DNA of 64,000 bases from Amoebidium appalachense (GCA_963693365.1 CAVNZM010000011.1:2709098-2773097), one strand, 5' to 3'. Shown: positions 1-11,697, numbered from the stretch's first letter. The notes: generated by a model from the letters alone, not told the origin. Program-made: numbers and translations.

Positions 1-612
1 ATCCATGGTGTCGGTGTAGGTGTCGATGACGTGTTGGTGTAGCATCAAATCTAACTTCCCGGCCCGTTCGAGTATGTTGACCACCCCCTGCATGAAATCG
101 AAGCACTTGCGGGTGAAAGTGAACGTGTCGTCACGGTCTTTAAAGATCGACTCGGCCTCGCCATAACCATCATCCATACCGGTGTCATACACAGGCACAG
201 CGATGCCGACCGACCACACCCCGTCCTTGCAGTCCCACTTAAACACGTCCGTATGAAAAACCTCGTTTAGAACCCCCGGTAGGGCCTCCTTCTGCGAGAA
301 TGACCATGACACAACGCCAATCTGTATGGCACTAATCAGACGCTCACGTTCCAGAATCTCGTCCTTCTCTGCAACGTTTGCCTCGATAAGTGTCTCCTCA
401 GCCTCTGCCCAGTTATGATAGCACTCCACCAGGTTGGGACAACGTGGGCGCTGGGCCCAATCACCCTTTGTGATGTACTGAATGTACTCGTATGCTGCGT
501 TGAAAACAGCCACGTACGCAACACAAAAGAGGTTCAAAAATTGGTCAAACTTGGTTGGGCTTTTTGCCTTTCTCATGAAACGAGAAGTGGGTTGTCTACG
601 ACGAGGAGGCAT
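1..612 (-). CDS. Intronless orphan ORF, at least 204 aa, runs off the left edge
   Basis: Manual translation from ATG 612 is open to base 1 (MPPRRRQPTSRFMRKAKSPTKFDQFLNLFCVAY...HVIDTYTDTMD), with an in-frame TAG just upstream. It is absent from the ORF track because there is no stop in the window. No recognised domain. Confidence 0.7.
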   Translation of the reverse strand, partial: MPPRRRQPTSRFMRKAKSPTKFDQFLNLFCVAYVAVFNAAYEYIQYITKGDWAQRPRCPNLVECYHNWAEAEETLIEANVAEKDEILERERLISAIQIGVVSWSFSQKEALPGVLNEVFHTDVFKWDCKDGVWSVGIAVPVYDTGMDDGYGEAESIFKDRDDTFTFTRKCFDFMQGVVNILERAGKLDLMLHQHVIDTYTDTMD

Positions 613-634
613 GATTGCTTTCTGACCCTAAGTC

Positions 635-639
<5 letters not shown>

Positions 640-690
<51 letters not shown>

Positions 691-793
691 TTTGTCTAAG
701 TAACAAAAAAACTTTAAAAGACTTTTTTCTACGAAAAGAGATGATTGAAAAGGATTTTCAAGTTTTTTCACAAAACTAACGAAAGGAAACGAG

Positions 794-834
<41 letters not shown>

Positions 835-918
835 TTTGTCTACTACGGTAACAAAAACTTTAAAAGACTTTTTTCTACGAAAAGAGATGATTGAAAAGGA
901 TTTTCAAGTTTTTTTTTG
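640..918. repeat. Tandem duplication of about 145 bp: (GT)n plus an AT-rich unit, 2 copies
   Basis: gaaagatttgtcta...ctttaaaagacttttttctacgaaaagagatgattgaaaaggattttcaagtttttt occurs at about 685-768 and 829-918, each preceded by (GT)n. Confidence 0.9.
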
Positions 919-1157
919 AGAAAGACAGGGAAAGAGAAGAAAAAACGACATGCTGGGCATTCCTGGAGATAAATTCGCAAAATTTCATCGGCTCATACTT
1001 GCGCAAGTCTTTGACACTCCCTCTCATTGCGCCACAAGTCAAGTCGGTCACGTAGCTCACAGTGTTCGTTTTTCCCCAAAAACACAAGTTTTTTGACCGT
1101 TTATTTCGTGGCAATCACCCGTAGACAAATATGTTCTCAATATACAGTCGTGTGTCA

Positions 1158-2072
1158 TTACATTCTGAGCATTTTGGCATCGTCATTACCGGGCATGGGC
1201 GTGCCTGCACGCTTAGCCTGCCCCAAGTCTACATCACCCCCCTCCCCCTCGCCCCCCTCACCACCAGCCAGCTCCATCAGGCCATCTAAGTCAAACACCT
1301 GAACCTTGCGGGCAACGAGCTTGGAACGCACAGTGTTGTTCTTCTTGTTGTAGATGACGCTGGTGGCAGCTGCAGACACCCAGGCAGTCACCTCACGGCA
1401 CTTGGCACGTTGGGAGTTCATAAACTCCACAAACTCGTCGATGGAGGCAGCGTTGTTGCCCAGCTTGAAGAGGCAGGGGTTGCGGCCAAGGGGGTTGGGG
1501 AGCTCCAACGTCACGTTGAAGTAGGTGCCGCCCAGTGCCTCCACCATGTCCTCCTTGCCGACGGGGTCGGCACCCAGCACATCGTACAGGCTGGGGGTAT
1601 GCCTGGACCACAGGTTGCTGCTGGTCTTGACAGGCACGGTGTCCACGTCCACCCCCTTGAGCATCTCGTGGTCCTTGTGCATCCACAACACGTCCCTGGC
1701 CATGCTGCACACGTAGGGCCACAGGTCAACGGCGTAGGCCACCTCAAAGGGCTCAGGGCGGCGTTGCGACTTGACCCTAATGGTGGGCTTGGCATCCCAG
1801 GCAACCGTGCTGGGGACCAACTCGATGAGCATCTGCCCGTTGATGTTGATGTTGGGCAGGTTGTACAGCTGCACGGCCAACACGTCGTTCATCACCCAGG
1901 GTGCGCCCATGGTGGCCTTGCCCACACCGTTGAGGAACACCTCCTTGTACTGCACCATCTTGGGCCCCTCACTGTTGTTGGTGTTTTCTTTGCCATTGCT
2001 TGCCGCGGCGATGCTGGTCCTTTTGACGGTGGACAGACCAGTCGTTTGACGCAGCAGGGTTGGCTTGATCAT
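1158..2072 (-). CDS. Intronless 304-aa protein, tentatively a virus-type OB-fold ssDNA-binding protein
   Basis: Clean ORF with strong G/C third-position bias, likely start MIKPTLLRQ at 2072. C-terminal strands VTAWVSAAATSVIYNKKNNTVRSKLVARKVQVFD followed by an acidic Gly tail resemble T7 gp2.5/NCLDV-type SSBs. The coding call is firm; the function is inference. Confidence 0.7.
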   Translation of the reverse strand: MIKPTLLRQTTGLSTVKRTSIAAASNGKENTNNSEGPKMVQYKEVFLNGVGKATMGAPWVMNDVLAVQLYNLPNININGQMLIELVPSTVAWDAKPTIRVKSQRRPEPFEVAYAVDLWPYVCSMARDVLWMHKDHEMLKGVDVDTVPVKTSSNLWSRHTPSLYDVLGADPVGKEDMVEALGGTYFNVTLELPNPLGRNPCLFKLGNNAASIDEFVEFMNSQRAKCREVTAWVSAAATSVIYNKKNNTVRSKLVARKVQVFDLDGLMELAGGEGGEGEGGDVDLGQAKRAGTPMPGNDDAKMLRM

Positions 2073-2251
2073 TTTGCTGTTGTTTGGGGGGTGTGGTGAA
2101 CGTGACTGTGGTGTGCACCTCAACTGTGTACGTATGGCTCATGTTTGCTTGGTGTGATGTTGCCTGTGTGCGGATGCTTATGTACACAGCGGCGACATGC
2201 TGGGTGCGCTTGTGGCCAATGAGGACCGAAATCCTTAATCTCTGTGTCCTT

Positions 2252-2420
2252 ATTGGCCGCCTAAACCAAAATGTGCCAACCTGAACTCCGATTGGCCGCC
2301 TTGTGCGGCAACTGGCTTTTTGGAACTGAATTATCATTGGCCGCCTTGTGCATCCGCATTACTATTGGCCGCCTTGTACAAGGAATTCGGAATTCGAATT
2401 CTCATTGGCCGCCTTGTGCA
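2252..2420. promoter_or_regulatory. Five direct copies of ATTGGCCGCCT(TGTGC), a CCAAT motif on the minus strand, upstream of the 304-aa ORF
   Basis: Copies at 2252, 2291, 2336, 2364 and 2404. Confidence 0.6.
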
Positions 2421-2792
2421 CACCGTCGCATTCCTTTGATCTCAGAACCGTGTACGTGTCGCATGTGCGCGTGCGTGCACGCGCACACATGACACGTTTT
2501 CCCTTTAATATTTTAATTAAATCCACGTGCTCTGCACGTGTTTTACACACACACACACACAGTGTGTGCACGTGCTCCTGTACATATATCCACCCATATC
2601 ACATATCCCACATCGCGATATGTGTACACAGATATCACATATCTCATATCCACATATCCCATATTTTGGGGGCTGCGGATAATGGTCGACGTGACGTCAT
2701 CTTTGATGACGTCGTCGACCATGTGCCGCGCCCCTAATTGTAGTATAATATGTATCGGTATCTCTCATAGACATCCTGTAGAATGAGTGCAA

Positions 2793-3078
2793 CCCATCGG
2801 ACAATTTAAAGGGGGGTTAAGGACATCCGGACTTGTGCTGATGGGTATAAGTGCACTTCCAGGTGTCTGTATGACATCTTGTCAGACGACTTTACTACGT
2901 CTTTAAGATGTCCACTGTCTTGAATCCATGCCAGACGTATTTAATATATATGGGATGTGTTTCAGACGCCTTGCCATCCTGAAATTCCGGGTTATCCTAA
3001 ACCCGTCCTAAGCTATCTTTTAGATATATTAACGACGATAGGACGTCCTAAAGTCGTACAGGACAGGTTTCGGATGGG
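2793..3078. mobile_element. Possible degenerate CMC/EnSpm-like MITE (CCCATC...GATGGG)
   Basis: Short imperfect terminal inverted repeat with internal GACATC/GATGTC/GACGTC motifs. No clear target-site duplication. Confidence 0.3.
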
Positions 3079-3095
3079 GGGTGATCTTTGCTGAT

Positions 3096-4199
3096 GCTTT
3101 TCTGATTTCTTTATTTTTCAGCCTAGTGGAATTTTTATCTTGTTTACTTTTATTTGTTTATTTATATTATTATTAATATTCTGAATTCTCATCATGATTC
3201 TAATATCAGAGAAAAGTGAGATGGGTGTGTTCTTTTCCGGGTTTTCGTTTCCTTAATATCTTCTCTCTCTCTTTTTTTTTTTTTCGTACATCGTATAGCT
3301 GATACTCTTTCCGTTGTTGCTTATTTTTTTAACCCTTCTGCCGCATCCCATTCATCCACCGGAATCACGTGATATCTGGGGCTAAACCGCACTTTCGGTA
3401 TACACACGGAACTGGCGCGGTATACTAGTATTTAACCGGTATAACCCTCCGAAGTATACCGAAATTGTGCTTTACTCCCATATGTTGTGGTGACTGTCCG
3501 GGAGTTGGGGGTGGAGGAGGGCTGTTTTTGCACGCACGCTTTTCTGATTTCTTTATTTTTCAGCCTAGTGGAATTTTTATCTTGTTTACTTTTATTTTTT
3601 ATTTGTTTATCTATATTATTATTAATATTTTGAATTCTCATCATGATTCTAATATCAGAGAAAAGTGAGATAGGTGTGTTCTTTTCCGGGTTTTCATTTC
3701 CTTAATATCCTCTCTCTCTCTCTTTTTTTTTTCCCCGTACATCGTATAGCTGATACTCTTTCCGTTGTTGCTTATTTTTTAACCCTTCTGCCGCATCCCA
3801 TTCATCCACCGGAATAACGTGATATCTGGGGCTAAACCGCACTTTCGGTATACACACGGAACTGGCGCGGTATACTGGTATTTAACCGGTATAACCCTCC
3901 GAAGTATACCGAAAGTGTGCTTTACTCCCATATGTTGTGGTGACTGTCCGGGAGTTGGGGGTGGAGGAGGGCTGTTTTTGCACGCACGCTTTTCTGATTT
4001 CTTTATTTCTTAGCCTAGTGGAATTTTTATCTTGTTTACTTTTATTTTTTATTTGTTTATTTATATTATTATTAATATTTTGAATTCTCATCATGATTCT
4101 AATATCAGAGAAAAGTGAGATGGGCATGTTCTTTTCCGGGTTTTCATTTCCTTAATATCTTCTCTCTCTCTTTTTTTTTTCGTACATCGTATAGCTGAT
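3096..4199. repeat. Tandem repeat of about 450 bp, about 2.5 copies, each full unit with a 104-bp hairpin
   Basis: Near-identical units start at 3096, 3538 and 3988. Hairpins at 3377-3480 and 3827-3930 have core arms cactttcggtatac / gtataccgaaagtg. Confidence 0.95.
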
Positions 4200-4289
4200 T
4201 TAGAAGGCACCAACCGTATTTTGGCCCTAAATACGCATACCACGATAAATTTTGTAAATACGGTAGATCGTATTTAGGGCCTAAATACG

Positions 4290-6271
4290 AATACTTCGCT
4301 TGATTCATCAAGCTCTATTTAGAGATGTATTTAGGCCAACTGATCGGTTGGAATAGGGTTCCAACCATCAGTGGCCACTAGGGAGCCGACTATGGTATAT
4401 AGGCGGCGCACTAGCCATTCAACCCCGGTTCCGCAAGTATTTCCAAATTCGTGTGGGGGGACAACTCTTCCAGTACACGGTGCTTCCCTTCGGTTACTCC
4501 CTCAGTCCCCACTTTTTCATGCGCCTTATGCGCGAGTTCGCGCATCGGTTACGTGCACGCGGCATCCGTTCGTTGGTTTTCCTCGATGACTGGGCCATCT
4601 TCGAACAGGCGGCACGGGCACTCGACACACGCAGGGTGGTGGAGCAGGAATTGAAAGTCACCGGCCTTACGAAGCATCCGAATAAGGCTCATTGGGACCC
4701 AGTGAGTGCCCTCGACCATTTAGGCATCCACATAAATTTGGAGGAAGGGTATTTGTCTCCCACATTGGCGTCTCTGGAAAGATTATCGGGGGAAACACGT
4801 TCTTTGATGGCTAAGGCGCGCAAAGGACGGCGGTGGGTGGAAAAGAAGCAGGTGGCTAGATGGCTAGGGTTGGTTGTTAGTTTGCGTGCGGCGGTGCCTC
4901 ATGTACTCACGGTTGTCCGGCTGGTGTATGGTGCTCTACGCGGCGGGAACTGGCGTAGCTTTGTGCGGTTAACGGGCGGCAGCTACGCATTATCGGTAAA
5001 ACCATGGGTATAATAGGTCGGCTTCCCCGCACGGAAATCTGGCCTGAGCCTATCACGGCCACTCTCATCACAGATGCTGCCACCTCACACGGGTGGGGGG
5101 CAGTACTACAGTTGGGCCTACCAATCTCGCAGGTTGTGGAGGCTTTCGGTCGTTGGGCGGAGAGCGATGCACCGCGGGCGGCTGCAGTGGCGGAGTGCGA
5201 GGGCCTACTCGAGGCCTACCGCAGGCCCGAAATGCAGGCCCTAATCCAACGTCAGCGCGTACGCTGGCAGTCAGACGCCCAGGCCGCGTTGGGCGCGGTG
5301 CGCAAAAAGGGCAGCAGCAGCCCCGCCATGCAGCGAGTGCTATGGCAACTGCTGCAGTTGTGTTTGGAAAAGGGGCTCCCCTGGCCCCAAGAGCTGTCAT
5401 ACATTCCGGGCGAAGTGAACGACCGTGCGGATTGGTTGTCGCGGATTGATCCCCGCCACGAGTGGTCGGTTACCCCTGCGGGGGTCGAGCGTATCGAGCA
5501 GACACTCGGATTGCATACGGCGGTGGATCGGTTTGCTACACACTGAGACAGCAGTCAAACCCACGTTTCACACATGGACCGCGGTGGTCCCCGTGAGCGG
5601 TGGGCAGGATGGGCTTGCCGCCGCATGGCAGGGCCCCAGCTGGTGGGCGCCACCGTTTCCGTTGATCAAGCGGACAGTGGCGAAGATTCAGCGGGAATGT
5701 GCGCAGGGAATATTAGTGGTTCCGGTGTGGGACACTGCCTTATGGTGGCCGGTGGTGCAAGGGATGGCACAGGCCCACACGGACCTAGCCCCCGAAGAAG
5801 TGGTGTTTCCGGTCGGTGTCCGGTCTTGGCGAATGCGTGCCTTCCTATTGGACGGCAGCACCCGCCCCCTTCATGATTGGATGAAAATCACTCGCCGCGC
5901 CGCTCCTGCCATCCAGCTTTGTGTCTTATTTCTGTAAAATAAGAATGTGGTCGCAGATAGCAACAACATATCTAAATACTTCGCTTGATTCATCAAGCTC
6001 TATTTAGAGATGTATTTAGGCCAACTGATTGGTTGGAATAGGGTTCCAACAATCAGTGGCCACTAGGGAGCCGACTATGGTATATAGGCGGCGACCCGTT
6101 CTACTCGTCTTAGCTTTGTTTCCCCGTCGGCCCCTACTTAGCCCCACCCACCCGCCCGAGCTGTGTTGCATTTCCCCGTCTTTAGCTAGTCTCTTGCTGA
6201 TTGGCTACGGCACACACACACACACAGACACACACCCACACATGCACACATACATGTACACACACACATAC

Positions 6272-6306
<35 letters not shown>

Positions 6307-6518
6307 CACATACGTACACAAACACACGCCTACGCATTGAGGGTAGTGGAGGGAGAGGATAGGGTAGAGGGGTTTTCTTCGTGCGGTGTGTTTATTTGGA
6401 TTTTGTTCGTAGAGAGGCAGTGCATGCCATGGTATGTGTACGTTTCTGATGATCGTGCCCAGGGGCACTTGGCTGAGCCGAGCCAATAAGCAAATCGAAA
6501 GCAACAACATATCTAAAT
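4290..6518 (+). mobile_element. Internally deleted DIRS-order (tyrosine-recombinase) retrotransposon with split direct repeats, PAT-like layout
   Basis: 119-bp direct repeats at 4290-4408 and 5975-6093. A second repeat, agcaacaacatatctaaat, at 5959-5977 and 6500-6518. The repeats enclose RT/RNaseH/methylase coding sequence. No gag or YR seen. Confidence 0.85.
4411..5937 (+). pseudogene. DIRS-type pol: 5'-truncated RT, RNase H and adenine-methylase-like domain, with two frameshifts
   Basis: RT motifs LPFGYSLSP and VFLDD; RNase H motifs ITDAATSHGWG, QSDAQAA and YIPGEVNDRADWLSR; methylase-like VDRFAT...QDGLAAAW...WAPPFPLI...ILVVPVW...WWP. Frame changes near 4980-5010 and 5545. Confidence 0.9.
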
Positions 6519-7371
6519 GCATATGATTATTGGGGTGCTGCCAAACAGGCCCTAAGCGTGGCCCCTGTCTGATGGACCCCCCCCCCCCCAAAAAAAAAAA
6601 CAAAAAAAAATCTTTGGGTTGTTTGGATTTCTGCCTAAGGTCTATTTGCGTGGTCCTGCGGCATGCATTTGGTACTCACCACCACCACCGCACACACACG
6701 TGCACACGGAGTCAAACAGCCATTGCCACCTACACACTTCTATGATCAAGTATACATACAGCAATCCTGTGCTTTATTCGGTCTTTCATGCATTTTGCAG
6801 AGGAATATCGTCCATGTACGCACCCCTTCGATTGATCAAAATATGCTTTGGATCAACAGAAAGCAATACACGGCAATAGCAGAGGCTAGTGGGTAGGTAC
6901 ACGTGAATGTGTTACAGTAGCAGAAATTTGTGATCAAGTCATGAAAAACATGAAGGAAATCTCAGTCGACATCCCAAGAAGCTAAAATACGCACGTGAAA
7001 AACTTCTGTACCATTATTGGCCTAGTCCAATCGACCAGTAATGGATCAGATCTCACACATATCGTCCGTGTAATCTCTATGTAATCGCAAAATCAGACAC
7101 AGCCACCCACCATAGAGCTTGACAAAATATTACTTGTACATGATTACCCTTGTTACCCAAAACTCCTTCAAAATGGAAAAATCCACATGTTTCAGGCAAC
7201 ATCAAGAGCACAACAGAATCCCATCTCTCGAGTCAGAATGTTCATAGGCGCAGAGAAATTCTCACTTGTCTTTAAAGCTAATCACGTCCGCTCATCACAC
7301 ACAAGCAAAACAGCATCTTCAACCACATCAAAGACAAGAACGGTATCTTTGACGACGCTAAAGCAGGGCTG

Positions 7372-7504
7372 CTATTGGCCGCCCCTCTGCATGTCCCTCT
7401 GCAGGCGGGTGGCATAGGCCTTGGACACCACATTCCAGGCCTCAAGGTAGCGGTCCATGCACTTGGCCAGGCACACCTGTGAAAGGGGTGTGTGTTAGTG
7501 TACG

Positions 7505-7536
<32 letters not shown>

Positions 7537-7961
7537 GCCATCTTCTTTCCGTTTTTGTGGTTTGGGGATAAAGAGCGAGCCCAGCAAGAGGAGCAGGGGA
7601 AAAGAGGGGGGGGGGGGGGGGGGGGGAGAGGGGGGGGGGGGGAACGCTTAGAAACATGAATGTGTCACATCAAATCACAAAAGAGACATTGAAAAAGACA
7701 GAGAGAGGGGACGAGCGGACGAGGGGCGGGGTAGGAATGGGGGGGAGTTCACCGGATAACATTTCTTTGCATACAGCTGAAGAAGAATGATAAAAGCAAG
7801 ATGTAGTCGTGATTTATTGGGGGAAAGGGGGGAAGGGGGGGGGGTTGGAGAGGGGGAGTGCCAAAACTAAACACAGCACGGTGTGGATATATCAACATGG
7901 GGTTTGAAGTGGGTGAGCAGGTGGAAGACCAAGCGGAAGCTGAAGGGACGGAAAATATGGG

Positions 7962-8001
<40 letters not shown>

Positions 8002-8897
8002 GCGGCCGGGAGGGGGGGGGGGGGGGGGAGCATGGGGGGCAGAGATGAAGGTCAAGGAGTCTCAGTCGAGCACACAGGGCATACAACAGCATGCAGTACC
8101 TGTCTTAGCACAGTGCTGTACATTCGTTCCCATTTAGGCTGCCAAGCGTGCAATGTTTCTCATGGAAGATAGACTAATACATAGCACACGAAGTGACGAA
8201 AAAATGAGGCAGTACAAACAGTAGGGGTTTATTTTTTGAAGGGGGGTGGGGGTGGGTGGGTGGGGGGAGGGGGGGGGGGGAGGGTTTGTTACCCGCTCGG
8301 AGCTGGACAGATCAGCGCCAGGCTTTGGGATGCACTTTGCGTAGCACTTGTCGGTCATTTTCTGCAGATGCATCAGCATCAATACCCATGCAATTGCTCA
8401 GGAAAGGGAGGAGGGAGGGGGAGGAATGTACACAGATTGGAGTATAGCCGCACACAACCAGCTTGGAAGCTCCATATAAAATACTAATCAAGCACCGTAT
8501 ATAGAGTACCCAACATACAGAGGGCCCGACACAGGCAGGAAAGCCTGAAGGCAGGAAGGAGGAGTTTCTTGCTTTGCCCCAGACGGGAAGAGAGGGGAGT
8601 GGGTGATAGTAGTGCCGGAAGAGGGTGGCTAACAAAGTATGTAATAAAGAGCCAAACCAGGTCCAGGTGTTGGGGAATATCACCAAGTATGGAAAAGAAA
8701 TCAGATGCGACAGTTGAGCTACAAAAAAAGAAGAGAAATCCATGGCCAGGCCCTTGACACACAGACACTTTAATTAGAAGCAACAACTGGTCCAGACTAT
8801 ATCTTTGTCCAGCCTTATACAACCAAGTTCTCTGTTCCGCCTTTCCTGTTAAAGCAAGTAGAGACAGAAACTGCCTCTGGTGCATTTGCGTGTGTAT

Positions 8898-8934
<37 letters not shown>

Positions 8935-9289
8935 TGTGTGTGTGTGTGTGTGTGTGTCAGGTGTTCTTGGGTGCGTGTGCGTGTGCGTGTGTTGTGCAAG
9001 TACATGCATGTGCGTGTGTGTGCGTATATGCGTGGGTGCCAAGTTTAGAGGCGGGGGTAAGGGAGTAGAAGAGGGGGGAGGGGGGGTGGAGGGGGAGGGG
9101 GGAGGGAGGATGGGGGAGTTGGAGGGGGGAGGGGCGGGAGGGGTGGGAACAAGGGGAGGGTGTTACCTGCAAAAGCTCCTGTGCGTTCGCGATGGCCATC
9201 TGGCCGCGCACCTGGTCCATAATATCCTCCTTGTTCACTGACCGGCCACCGGCCGCAGCGCTGCCACTGAAATCGTTGAAGCCGCTCAT
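7372..9289 (-). CDS. TIM13: Mitochondrial small Tim chaperone Tim13, 98 aa, 3 exons
   Basis: Exons 9289-9167, 8361-8293 and 7476-7372, all GT-AG phase 0. Sequence [33 protein letters not shown]...CLAKCMDRYLEAWNVVSKAY contains the twin CX3C motif. Confidence 0.97.
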
Positions 9290-9676
9290 TTCCTTTATGT
9301 GGTTTTTCCAAGAGAGTTGTATGAGTAGGACTTTCTGACAAGGTTTTTTGATGCGGGTGTGGCGTGGTGTGCCTGTTATATATCAAAGCTTTGTAGCCAA
9401 TCAACATTGAGCATATTGTTGGTTATGATATGCATCGGCGGTTTGTGCTGAACAGAATCACTTAGCTTTTAGACGATTTTTAAATTTGAATTTTTCCCTT
9501 TTTTAATTGCTTTAATGATGTTTTAAATTTGTTGATATCGGCGGCAGCAAGCCCAAGACTTGGCGCCAACTCGTGGCTCAGCTCGCACTCGGAGAGAAAG
9601 AACATGAAAACTGCGCACGTGTGTAGGGAAAGGAAAACTCTGAAGTAGGGAAACACGTACACAGCGAGAGAGAGAG

Positions 9677-9739
<63 letters not shown>

Positions 9740-9949
9740 CTAGGCGGTTGGGAGGAATATTCGTACATTAAGTGAAGAATTTTGTGGGTGATACCCCAGT
9801 GCAGGCATAAGTAGGATGGGGTTGTGTGTCGAAAGGCAAAAATGACCTTGAGTGGTGGGATGAACATGCACGTGCATGCCTTGCCCAGAAATGGTGGGCC
9901 CAGAACAGTAGAAATCTTGACATCTTGACCTTATACTCACCTTGCGGTA
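9290..9949. promoter_or_regulatory. Probable bidirectional promoter region between TIM13 and the OPR/FASTK-like gene
   Basis: Divergent ATGs 660 bp apart, CCAAT near 9397, (GA)n tract. Function inferred from the arrangement. Confidence 0.5.
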
Positions 9950-11375
9950 ATGTTTTCTGTAGCGTTTAGGGCTACCTTTCGGTTTAACAACACCCCTTTT
10001 CTTCAGTCTCTTCCTCCAGCCTCCTCCCCCTCCTTCTGCACCCCTTCCACTCTCCCCGTTTTAGGGCTTGCGATCGTCATTTATCGTAACATCTCCCACT
10101 CTCACTCGCTATGGCGTTCAGCCCGCCATGTAGGCGGAGGTAAACACGCCTTTTTGCACAAACGAGACAAGGAGGCTACCACTTTCCCCCTTACACCCCC
10201 TTCCAATCCTTCGAACCAACATGACCAGTTACCCGTCGACGTTAACTTTGACGTTTTCCTGGAACCACAACCACTGCCCAATGCTAGCGAGAACACGGCT
10301 CTGGCTGAAGAGCCCCCCGGAGTTGGAAGCGCCAACCTTGGTTTCCCAGAAACCCATACAACGACACACCTGGATGCAAAGAACGGAGGATCAAAAAGCC
10401 CGTCAACCGATCAGCCCCCGAACAATCATGAAACAACAGCAGATATCTCCAAGTGCACCACAACCACTCAGCGGCTCCCGGCTCCCAGTTTTATAGAGGA
10501 TAGTCCGAGTGGAAAACGTGAAAGCACGGTTGCCATTGCACCCATACCAGTCAGATGGGAGACGGCTTACGTTGAAGTGGATAAGAGCAGGGAAAGCCAA
10601 AGAAGCGTGCGAAAAGAACCGTTGCAAAGAAAGGCGCCGACCGACGCCGCAGATGTGAGCAATACGGTTCGTTGGTTTCATCTTCTTCCGTTGACAGCCC
10701 CTCTCAATAGGAATGCTTTGAGAAGTGAGACCAAAGCTGCACAAACCCCAACTGAACTATTGAGTCTTTTCGACGAGAATTGTTTCGGATATGATTTTGA
10801 CAATCTCACCGTTGCCCTCAACGTCCTTGCTCAACGTTCCCGAGACAACCGAACGAACGCGGAGAAAATTAGACGGGACGAGAGATATGTCCGTATGTTA
10901 TTTCGCTACCAATCCCTTCTCTTGGCGCAATGGAGGGAGGGTTGCCCAACTCCTCCCCTTATCGCAGGGGGTTTGTTTTCTCTGAGCAATTTGGGCTATT
11001 CCTATGTCCACATGCCATCCCTTTCACACCTGCTCGTCCGGGCTTCAAAGGAGTGTTGGGGCAGGTATGGGCCGAGGGATCTTTCCGACGTGTTGCAAGC
11101 ACGTGTTACGTCTCTTTCCAAGTTGTTCAATCGTGAGTATCCCTTCTTATTTTTGTGACGTTTTTGTTGATGTTCTTTTCTTTGTTGTCTCCTCCATATT
11201 TCTAACCCTCCAACGCATACATCAGCACCCCCCCCCTCCCCCCGCCCCTTCCCTCCCTCTTGCAGGCACTCACATTTACACACACACTCATACACACGAT
11301 GGCCGTACATGGTCACTTCCATCCTCCCCCCTTCATCCCTTGTCCCACCCTGAGGCTCACTTCACACCCCCCTCT

Positions 11376-11407
<32 letters not shown>

Positions 11408-11466
11408 CCCTCTCCCGTTTCTTTTCTCTGCTCTTTCGGCCGCCCCCCCCCCCTCCCAAGAACCCC

Positions 11467-11533
<67 letters not shown>

Positions 11534-11666
11534 TTGTCAGCCATAACTGCCCCCTCCCCAACATCTTTGTTCCGGTCCTAGTGGTGTCAAATCATCCTTC
11601 CCCCCAACTAATCGGAGAGATTTATGGCGAATTTCATGCCCTTTGTTAAAAATATTTAGCTGCATA

Positions 11667-11697
<31 letters not shown>

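Noticed and set aside
1410-2099. 229-aa plus-strand ORF
   Set aside because: Antisense shadow of the codon-biased 1158-2072 gene.
2252-2420. CRISPR-like repeat-spacer array
   Set aside because: Repeats are only 11-16 bp with irregular, partly related spacers, no cas genes, and a eukaryotic context.
4290-6093. LTR retrotransposon
   Set aside because: No TG...CA ends, PBS, integrase or TSD; the pol domains are DIRS-type.
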